From positions 7,998,001 to 8,062,000 of the forward strand of contig OZ316775.1 in NCBI GenBank assembly GCA_973851085.1: 64,000 nucleotides of DNA. The letters run 5' to 3'. Position 1 is the stretch's first letter. Every line of letters begins with the position of its first letter. Shown here piece by piece: positions 52,258 through 64,000 of this stretch. The position numbers and the translations under genes are program-made. The DNA is from Ptychomitrium polyphyllum (Eukaryota). Under the pieces are notes generated by a model. The model saw only the letters and a list, made by a program, of their open reading frames with translations, searched no databases and had not been told where the DNA came from.

Positions 52258-54451
52258 TACGGTCTCTAGCTCATCTTTACCTACAATGTGGATTTGGTAG
52301 TAGCCCGACTTCAAATCTATCTGTTTAAAGTATTTAGCTCTCGCCGATCTATTAAAGAGGTCATCAATCTGAGGCAAAGGATAGTTTTTCTTGATGGTGG
52401 CTTTATTCAAGGCTCTATAGTCAACACATATGCGGAGCTTGCCATCCTTGTTGTCTACAAAGAGGACCAGTGCTCCATATGATGACTTACTTGGCCTGAC
52501 ATAGCCTCTTTCTAACAAGTCATTCAACTGCTTCTTCAATTCTTCTAACTCTTTTTGGTTCAACCAGTATAGAACCTTCAAAAGGGACTCTATTCCCGGT
52601 ATCATTTCAATTTTGTGATCCACTTCTCTTCTTGGCGGTAACTTTGCGGGAAACTTATAAGTGAGCACATCCTTGTAATCACTTAATACATTTTGAATGC
52701 ACTTGGAAATAGTCCTAATCTCCTTGGTACTTAGCCTATTACTTTCTTCTTATTCCAATTGCATCACAACCACAAATTGATTCTTCTCTAATTGTTTTAA
52801 GGAAACTAAGTTCAACTTTCTTTCCGCAACCATAGGATTCCTAGTCAACTTCAATATTACCTCCTTCACACCATGGCGCACTACTAACGGTGTTGGTTTT
52901 TGCTTCACATCCACCACATGAGTTTTGAAAAAGGTATCACCTAAAATGAGGTCTACCTCATCCATCTCACATAGTGTAAAACTTTCCTTCAATTCCAATG
53001 TTCTACTACTTAAGGCCACATCCAACACCACTTCCTTCATCTTGTATAATTTGCCTTCTACAAATTGCATATTGATGGGCTTGCTAGCTTTTTGAATTGA
53101 CATACCCAACTCTCTTACTAGCTTGGAACTCATGAAGGATACGTTGTCCCTGTGTCAATCAAAGATGAGACATTTTTGCCATTTATTTGGGCTTTAGAGT
53201 ATAAGAGACTCAACCTTGGCTTAAAGCTACTAGCCTTGGCCACAAATCCACCTTCTAAAGTATGATCCACAACACAAGTGTAACAAATTTTGGTACTCAC
53301 TTTTTTATTGGGGCACTTCGCAATAAAGTGACCAATCTTGCCACACTCGTGGCAACGCTTGTGCTTCACCTCAGCACCCTTATCTCTCGATTTGAATGGT
53401 TTTTTCTCATGATGGTCCACTTTGTTGTAGGCCCTTCTATCTACTTGTCCTTTGTGTTTGTTTCCAAAGCCAAATTTCTTGCGTTCTCCGCCGTGAGATA
53501 TATTTTGGCTCAATCCACTTTGTTGAGAGGGACCACTTGATTTTTTTTTTGGGTGGTTGGCTTCAATTCTTTCTGCAATCTTAATGATTCCCGCCATGTC
53601 TTTTGGAAGCTTTGGGAACTTGAACTAGGCATCCACCACCCACTTTTGAAGCCCACCCAAAAAGATGCATTTCTTTGAAAACTCATCCATTTTGAATGTG
53701 GCATTCATTTGGGCATTGAAATCTTGCACCTAAATCTTGAAAATCTTGGTGCCTCATTTGCACCAAGTTTCATGCCTTCCTTCAACTCTTGGTATTCCGG
53801 AGTGAAGCGTTCACTCAAAATCTCTTTAAAACCAACATATGTCAAAGTTGTCACCAACTCCGGCTCTTGCTCTTTTTTACTTGTCCACCATTGAAGAGCA
53901 TGGTTTTTTAGAAAGGTGACCGCAATTGAACATCATGATATTTGTCCATTTCCAAAAGAAATTCTTTCACCTTTCTCGTTTAACCTAGCTTAGAAAAAGT
54001 GCTTGGCATGTTTACCTTGGCCAACTTCTTAGCTGAAGATAAAGTTCTAGAATCTTATGCCATCAAGTGCTCAATCAATCTCTCTTAATGGACCATTTTT
54101 TCTTTGCCACACTTGAGTTCTTGGTTCACACCGTCCATAAATTCTAACATTTTCATGCAAAAACTTAAGTCAGGGTTTTGATTTTCTAGGTCTTCAAGCG
54201 ACTCAAGAATCCTAGCCCTTGAGTACTCTCCACCTTCCAACGCTTTGTCTTTTTGAGTTTCTTTAACTTCCTCAATGACTCCAATGTCATCCTATACTCA
54301 TTGGATTGAAAAGATGGAGCCTCATTAATTGGATCAAGGTCTTTATTCATCCTCGTGCATAGTTGTTTAAAAGTTCCGGGCTTTCCGCCATCACTGGCTT
54401 TCTTCTTATCCATTGCCTCTTCACAACGTAGCACTTGGATACTAAAAGCCT

Positions 54452-54463
54452 GCTCTTATACCA
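54452..54463 (-). promoter_or_regulatory. Primer binding site (initiator tRNA-Met type)
   Basis: TGGTATAAGAGC, 2 nt inside the LTR end and one mismatch from the canonical TGGTATCAGAGC. Confidence 0.8.
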
Positions 54464-55281
54464 AATGTTGCAACCTTTGTAATGCACCTTTTGTGAAACC
54501 GGTAATCCATCGGCTTACAATGGTGTAGGAGTCTCTATGGTGAAGCCCCAATATTAGCTCCATCCACCAGGGTTCATCCTTGATTCCTACCGAGACATTA
54601 TAAAAATGGAAAGGAGGACCAGCCCTCCCCTATAGTACTCTATGTGGAATTCAGCAAGCCCCCTGGCCTTCTATAGCTAGCTAAATCCCAACACACTCAA
54701 AACTTTGGAAGACCACCCGATCTTCCTTGGGACTTAACCGCTGGAAGCTTCCGGAACTTCCTACGGACTTTTAAAAAGCCATATCTTCTACGTTTGGTTC
54801 CCAAATCTATCAAGCGACCACTTTATTGTCATCCACTCTTAGCGTAGATGCCGATAGACTCCTCAAATGTCCAATATAACTTAGTATTTTGGGAGATATG
54901 CCTCTCCTAAGGTTTGGGATTCTTAGGAAGTCCCTCCTTGCATTGTTCTAGTCCAGCACAGTTATAGTCAAGGGCTACCATAGTTTAGAACAGCCTTTGG
55001 AAGCCTCAACTTTGGAGTACCATATCTTTTAGCTCCCTTATCCAATTTGAGCAGTCTTTTGCATTCTAGAATTAGTTTGTAATGAGGACTCCAATGCTTA
55101 TAGTTTCTTCCTTGTGGCCGTTAGTCTACATGGGCAAGGATGTTTTTCTCCCTTGAAATCCTTCCCATACTAGGCCCATTTGAGTCACCTCATTATTAGC
55201 ACTACAAGTCTCGGACGTCACTTTGGGGTCCTCCTTGTGCTCTTAATGTTGCGGGCACTCTTTAAGGAAAAGTACGCTACA

Positions 55282-55933
55282 CAGTCTTGATCTTCAGTGC
55301 TTCAAAGGCATTAATAATGGAATCTAACTTTGTTTCTTTTGAATCAGTGATATTGACTTCTTCAGTCCCTAGCATAGAAAAGAAATGGAAACATATAAAA
55401 ATTGCTAAATATGCAAGAAGTTAAAGAAAATTCAAGGAAAAATATTAATGAAGAAGAGGATAACCTGCAACCTTTAAAGTGGTATAGTGCTTTCAAAAAA
55501 ATGCATGATTTGCTCTCTATCAAGAAAGACCAAGTTCTAATATTATTGTATAATAGTCTCGACCAGCTATTATAAACAGACAAATTACAAGACAAGGCTT
55601 CAAGATTTCCAAGATGTAGAACAAACTATGACCGAAGCATATTAGAAGGAAAGAGCTGTAATAAAATACAAAGATAAACCAAGATAAATTGAGTTAGACC
55701 ACAAGAGATGCGTTGTCAAGACTAAAGATCCCTTCAACCTCAATTCCTTTATATACTTGAACTATTAGCCTTGAAATCTTCTTGAAAAGCTTCTACTACA
55801 TTGCATTGTATTCAAGAAATCTTAAGTTGCTTCCTTAGAAGCTTCTTAACCCAAGATAACTTCCTTAGAGCTTCCTAAACCTTCAAAAAATCTTTCTAGA
55901 TTATGTTATGCTTCTAATATATATGTCCGTAAC
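55282..55933 (-). mobile_element. LTR family B (55569-55933) plus leader/gag start, truncated by the chromovirus
   Basis: Reverse complement aligns with about 33700-34255. Ends GTCCGTAACA. Confidence 0.75.
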
Positions 55934-56600
55934 ATTTGTGGTCATCTTGTATTTGACCTAATGGTGCCTGAGGACTTTGGTTAGCCATATTGATTACAAA
56001 TGATGAACAAGTTGTGATTTCTAAGCCTAAGTTTTCCATACTTTGTAAGAGCATAATGTTTAAGATTCTTCTACCATCCATTAAAAAATCAGGCAAAATC
56101 TTATCAACAATGGATACTTTTAATTCTATTGGCCTAACATCTATTGGCTTGCTCGTGGTATAAATTTGAGCCACTACCTTAGTTCTAGGCTTTTATGGCA
56201 ATTAGTTAGTACCCCAGCCTTGAGGAGTTTCCAAATTATAGATAATATTTCTAACAATTGAGATATGAAAATCTCCACTTTCATGGTTTGCAAATTGGCC
56301 TAGATATTATATAGAGTTATTGGAAGTTTTACTTGATGCTTTGGTTCCTGTACCCCTTCTCCTTCAAGGATCTTTGGACCTTCCTAATACCTAACAGGTG
56401 GCTTCACTATAGGTTCCACTTCAAAGTCTCTAGTCTAAAAGGACATATCTCCAATCATTGATACAAACACTAGAGGCTCCTTGCCTTTGGTGGCCCTAAT
56501 GGCTTCACAAGCTTCTTCTCCTACTTTAGACAAGTGAGGTGGACTATCTATGGTAGTATCCTCATCTTCTACTGCAGATGGTAGATGGCAACTTTAGACC
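55934..56600 (-). mobile_element. Gypsy gag-protease remnant
   Basis: FLMDGRRILNIM...MENLGLEIT...INMANQS aspartic-protease-like text (55914-56174). Confidence 0.6.
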
Positions 56601-59016
56601 TAGTCATAACAACTAAGGCTGGTAAAATCGTGGATTGCTGCAATTTAGGAGTTCAATGTGTGTACTACACTCCCGGCATGAGGAGCTCACTAGCATAATA
56701 ACATAAACTTTGTATCCTGGTTTGCGGGGTTTTGGGCCTCAGGGTCTAGCAACTGAGTTGAAAGGGTCAGCCATGTTAATGGCAGTGTTGCGCTACAACA
56801 CGGTAGAAAAGCAAAACTCAGGCAACAGTGATGTAAGCACGATGATAAATGTGGGTTTTCACAATCTGACGTCGGTTACAGAACATTGAACATGCCTGTC
56901 CTGTAGAGTGAGTAACTAATTATCAAAGTTCTGTTGGACCTTGCACATTGCCTTCTTTTGCTTCTGAAGGTAAATTGTAAACAGAATATTTGAAAAACTG
57001 CAGAGTGTTCGATTCTGGTAACAATTACTTGAGCGTTTTCCATCGGTTTCATCCACGACCTATAGCCGATGTTGATCACTGTAGTTGCAAGCATAAACAA
57101 GGTTTACGCTGCATATATTATCAGAGGCCGTTATATAGTTTTCCGATCAAGAGAGCTATTGATACTGTGCAAACCAAGTCACAGAATGCGGTTACAAGTT
57201 TATCTGTAAGTTTGGATCAGAGATTGGGTAGTCATGAGATGTGATGTTTGGAAGAGATTATAGGCCAAATTGCAGGGAATGGCTGTTTCCAGTGTATTCA
57301 ATGTATTTCAAGATGGGGTGCTGTTAAGTGCAGGTGGGACGTGGCCACCAAGTTGAAAAAGTTAAGGGATGAGCCCATCTTTTGACCTCATTTTATAGTT
57401 GGAGCGGATTGCATTTGTTTGCTATGTATGTGATATCTTATAATTTGAACAGGACAGATCACGATAAAGCTGCAATATAGAACTCTTAGAGTGACTTCTT
57501 TCAGCTCCATGGTGAACTCCAAGTTTTCACAGTTTTTGTGAACAACAGGTTCTTCCTCAGAAATGATGCTATTATTTTGGAGCATCCTGGTTGTTGAAAC
57601 TATATTGATGTGGATGGTAATGTATTCAAAGAAATTGAACAAGCTTATGGAGAAAATATATTTCTGTTGTGTGGAACTCAATGTTAGACCAAACTGACTC
57701 AAGGGGAATCATTGTGATGCAGACCACCATATCTACAACTTGTTACGTCTTATTGCAGTGAAGTTTGTATCATTTGAAATTGGGGGGTACGAGAGGTACT
57801 CCTGTCTTGGATGTTTGCCCCATGTGAAAGAATCCATTTCGTGAAAGTTTGGTACAAATATAAGAATCTAGAAAGATAAATAGGTATGCTTATTAGTTCA
57901 TTGGAATGTGACTACAACAATTTTGTCAAAAAAATATGTTTCAAATTGTATTGTTAAATAGTTTGCAAAGAAAATTACGAAAATAACTACATAGATAAAG
58001 TTAAATGGTGAATTACTGAAATAGTGAGTCAAAAAATAAGAGATTAAGTAAATGCAAAGTAAGTTAAAAAATACATCAAAATGTGTATCTCAGAAGACCA
58101 CTTTTAAGATACTTCTTCTAACATGTTAAGTTAGACAAGATTAAAGATGGTTTCAAAGCCAATTTAATATCTTAATTTAATATTTTAAATGTTAATTTTA
58201 ACATTCTATAGACTTAAAAGAATCTTAAAGAGGATCAAAACAATTAGCATTTTTAGTAATAATATTAGTACTAATTAGAATAGATGAGCATAAAGATTTA
58301 AATTTATAGAATGTTGGTGTTTTATAAATGCTTATTTAGCATCAAAAGATAAACACATTTATATATCCATTGCAAAATTTTAACTTTTGCAATTGTTTTA
58401 AGCATCTCAATAAATCACTTAATATTACTTGCAAGTATAGAATATAAAACAAGGAATGAAGCCTTGGTACAAAAATAAAATTAAGTTTATAGGATAAAAT
58501 TAGATATTGTATCTATTTTAGTTATAAATTCAAAATTCTTATTTAAGTGGCATTTTGACATAGAGTTTTTCTTGAGCACATTCTTTCAATATAGGTTTAT
58601 ACTTTCCTTAAAATTTTGTTATAAAATTTATTATAAAACTTATTAAAATTCAACACAATGAACCAATCATATTGTTTGTAGTGCATATTATAATGTGATT
58701 TCACTGATTTGATATCTCTATTAAGTTAGTTCTAATAAAGATAAGAATTTTCTTATGCAGCTTCCAAAAAAGTCAACGGATACTCTTAAGGTACTACTAA
58801 GTATCCATAAAATCGTAAAAACAAAACAATGTTATTCTATATTATTGATTATGTGCTTAATGGTTTTCTAGGTGAAAAGATTTTGATGCAGATATTGGGA
58901 TGGCTTAATGAATGACACACTTTCATTCACCAGATTCAGATTGAATAGTCTCAGACTCTCAGTTGATGTGGAGAAGACGCCGATAAACCTTCGGTATAGT
59001 CATCTCCAGTATGACT

Positions 59017-60528
<1,512 letters not shown>

Positions 60529-62095
60529 TCTGGAGTAATGGTGCAAGCGTGGAGTCGAGGTTTTCCTGGCACACAATAAATGTGAGCTCAAATTTCTGAA
60601 TTGGGCAATCACCTTAAATTGGGTTTCTTTACTCTAAAAAGAGATATTGATTCTACGTCTGTTCGCTCTTTGCTGGTTTTACAGGGTTAAGCAGCATTTA
60701 GAACCTCGAAAGTCACTCGGGACCAGGGTGAGACTGACAGATGGATATGGCAGCTGTGGTGGATATTCAAGAACCTAGATGTTCTTTGGTCGCATAATGT
60801 CCAATAAAATGTATGAAGATCGAATTTAGGGAGCGGTACAGTTTCTGCTCTAACGTGCAATTAGACATTGTATTGCTTGTGTATATAGAAGGAATAGGCG
60901 TTGTGTTGGATACACTTACCTCGGTTCCACCACCTTAGATAAGAGATGAAATGTTAGAATCGACCAAGAAGGTGGACCATGGTTTTATAGGGTGTGAAGT
61001 AGAAACAAGCTCAAGAGACGCTGCCCCTGGTCGCCATAGCTCCTGGCGAGGTGGATGAGATCTGAATCATTCTGCTGAGAGTCAATTGCAGGAATGTGAA
61101 CTGGTTGTGTTCTTGAAGGATTGTTTCGTGTCCATTTATATTACTCTGGAATATACGAACCGCATCAAAACCATCATCAGAGATAGCACATCAAAACTGT
61201 GACAGGTTCTCCCTTTGGTTGGTGCTCTTGAGAGGAAATGACATCATTTCTAGGAATCATTAGTCAAGTTACATTAAAGTGGAATGCATGCTATGCTGAT
61301 CAGGAAATACTGATGGAAACAACAGAGGACTACTCAATTCATCAATCGCTGGGCACGTTCATTGTGCACGCATTGAATGAAGCGCCTGAAAATGTGAAGA
61401 GATTGAGGATAAAACGACAGGGGTTTACTGATTATTCTAAATAGCTTTGAGTAAAAATATTAGAGACGAAATACTCTTTTGGATGGTGCCTTCCGGAACA
61501 AGTGATATCATGACCTCAAATCATCATTACTCAAGTTAAGGTCAAATGCAACGCAATCCACGCTGAGAGCTGACTGACGATCTTGAAAGAAATATCTTGA
61601 GACTACTCGGTATTACGCAATTACATCACAAAGGCATGGGCACCAATGTGTAAGGAATACAGGAAGTGAAGATCAAGGATCACCGGGAAGAATCCACTAG
61701 TGAGTTGCCCTCCACTTCTTCAAGTATCCTAATATTTTATAAGAGATGGTACGATTGCGTGGAAGTAACTTCCAATTCTAAGGTGAGTCACCTAACCAAT
61801 ATACTGCGTAGAGCAAAATTGGTTTTCTGTAAGCATCATGACCTCCAGTATTTTAAAATGGACTGAAGAGCAAGTGTAGCTGTGTAGATGTAAATCTATG
61901 CTGTACCATAAGAGCCTTTACATTCACAGCGTCTATAAAACTCCTGACGAATTACTAATTTATTGGTACCCAGCGTACAGAGCATATATGCGAACATTGA
62001 GTTCCCGCCTGCACTCAAATCTCCTCATCACCTTCCCGCCATTCATTCCATTCGCAAAATATCGGTTATTGCTCTTAAACAATCAAAATTCCAAA

Positions 62096-62610
62096 TTAAG
62101 CATCTCCTCGAGGAGGAGGAGCAAATTGAGCCGCAGGGAAAGTACCCCGCCAGTAGTAAGGTGCTAGAGGCGGTCTTCTAATGTTACAATCCGGACCCGA
62201 AGCAGCGCCGTTGAAGTAGCTCGGAGGCAAAGTTCCGCCGTTCAGAATGAAACATACTTCATAGCAATAAGGCTCCTTCGTTGTAGGGTCACTACCTGTG
62301 GGCCCCGCGGAGAAGTAATACACATAGGGCTCCAATGCCAAAGCCTCGGTGCTGTTCGTCAACCGAGATCGCAGATATTTGAGGCAAATCTCTCCAACGC
62401 TGTCAATGTAGTGCTCGTTTGCGAATCTATACCATGTGAAATCACTAGTGAGCCGTCGGGGTACTGCACCTCGGGTTCCGAGCCGTAAGATGTCGTCGGA
62501 GCGTCGGGGAAGTGTATAGGTCGAGGTAATCCATCTTCGCTGGAGCCAGCAACGGTTCTACAATGCATCTAATGACTACAAACACGATTACTTCTGGAAT
62601 GATCACCATC
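62096..62610 (-). pseudogene. Possible frameshifted gene for a small Pro/Tyr/Cys-containing protein of unknown family
   Basis: GC-elevated island with overlapping protein-like ORFs in different frames (62568-62359, 62362-62096) and a short hydrophobic start MVIIPEVIVFVVI near 62608. No family recognised. Confidence 0.3.
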
Positions 62611-64000
62611 TTGAAACCCGAATTCCAATCCCGCGCTTGACTGTCAATCTTCGTACCACTGTGGAGTTAAAATGTACGAAGGAAGATCTTTCCTAGAGCA
62701 GGTCCACTAAGGTCAGACCAGATGAACCAGCAAGTAAAAAGGAATTCCTGAAATGCTGTTGTATATAAAGAGCTGCGTTTCATGACTTTTTCGAACTTGA
62801 AACAGTGCCATGTGCAATTTGTTAGTTACTATTGAACTAATTTTGGCTCGACTGTGAGCACCTTGGTGCCAAGTATTTCACTTCATGACAAGGTTCGTTC
62901 CTAGCAAATTGTGAGATTCAGTAGTGTTTTACAGCAATAGAAGCAAATTGCAATGGAACATTGGCATTGGTGAAACGATCAAGTCGTGCTATATTGGGAG
63001 TCGGTTGAGACTTGAAATACGTGGGAGCTGAGCTAGAGTACTACCATATTACCCTTGCGTGCCGCATAAGCAAATTTACATAAAATTCTAGAACGTTCAT
63101 TCAGTCTTGATATTTATACGGCGAGACGAAGATCTCCCTGCCGTGAGAATCTTTGCAGCTACAAATAGCCTGACAAGCACCTAAACCACGTTTAGTTACA
63201 GTTTTTACTTTTTGTAACCGAGTTAAGGCCATTTCAGTCAACTTTCCAATATTTTAGTACCACTGATCGTTCTACCAATCATCTAAATTTACAGAAAAAG
63301 GTTGCAGGATGCTCATCGTTTACTGAAACCATGTACTATTCTGATGCTGTAGCGATTTTCTATAATTTTTTGAAACGAACGGAGAAATCCATTGCTTAAA
63401 AAGAAACCCAAGACAACCCTCCTGCAAGGATGCTGTAGCGATTTCGTGGCTTTCAACTCATGTTTCTACAGTTATGAGATCTGACATAAGTTGTTGTAGA
63501 TATCAGAAATTCCAACTTGTGAGTGCTATTGTATTAACTTACGGCACAAATTTCTGAATCTTATGACTGAGTGGATGTTGCTCTGCAGTAATGCTACGTG
63601 TGCAAGATGCAGAGCCTAAAATCTTTCCATTGTTTTCCCTGTTCGGCACCCTAACCATTAGTAGGTCAGAATCATAGAAGTAACCTCTAATTTCCATGTC
63701 CTACTTAATTCTTTCAGCATTCAAACAGATTAACTTCGTTCGTTTTCCTGAATCCGTCCATAGACTAGATGTTCTAGTAATCATGAGGCTTCCACCGGGC
63801 AAAGTGGTCACACTGCCTTGATTGATAAGTAGGCACAGCCTGTACCAATTAAATGTGCATCGCATTGGAGGACACCGATCAAGGTAAGTGGCAACTGAAC
63901 AAGAAATTATCAGTAAGATTCTGATGTATATCATAGCAGAAGATAATAAACACTCCAGACGGAAAAAAATCTGATAAACCTTGAGTTCAGAAGGAAAGGT

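Larger units (their letters stand above)
49012..55281 (-). mobile_element. Ty3/Gypsy (chromovirus-type) element body: 5' LTR D 54466-55281, PBS, gag, protease, RT, RNase H, integrase; degenerate
   Basis: CHECGKIGHFIAKC zinc knuckle, LIDTG protease, LRICVDYRALNK / IDLKSGYYQI / YEFLVMPFGL RT, ASDFAIGGVF...ELFAVV RNase H, WHSVSMDFI integrase. Confidence 0.92.

Noticed and set aside
56600..57850. Moderate-GC unique region with short ORFs and splice-like signals
   Set aside because: Could not assemble a consistent gene model or recognise a product.
63701..63934. Possible terminal exon of a minus-strand gene beyond the window (after TACAG: AVPTYQSRQCDHFARWKPHDY*)
   Set aside because: Too short and unrecognised; needs the adjacent sequence or transcripts.

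Overview
Eukaryotic, land-plant DNA. The mix of AT-rich decayed Ty3/Gypsy nests, GT-AG introns, expansins, a BAT1-like permease and identical inverted paralogs suggests a moss such as Physcomitrium (inference). A gene island at about 8.9-23 kb holds a PRLI-interacting-factor-like gene, two apparently identical intronless alpha-expansin genes in a 1098-bp inverted repeat, and a 7-exon BAT1-like amino-acid/GABA permease. A secreted poly-Asp protein lies at about 59-60.5 kb. Most of the rest (1-6.9 kb and 25-56.6 kb) is nested, degenerate Ty3/Gypsy LTR retrotransposons and solo LTRs. The standout observation is a Gypsy element (about 40.4-47.3 kb, minus strand) carrying a decayed but motif-complete C5-cytosine DNA methyltransferase domain (motifs I, IV, VI, VIII, IX/X; DNMT3/DRM-like) between its protease and reverse transcriptase. 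All alignments were done by eye, so element boundaries are approximate unless a TSD or splice site is cited.
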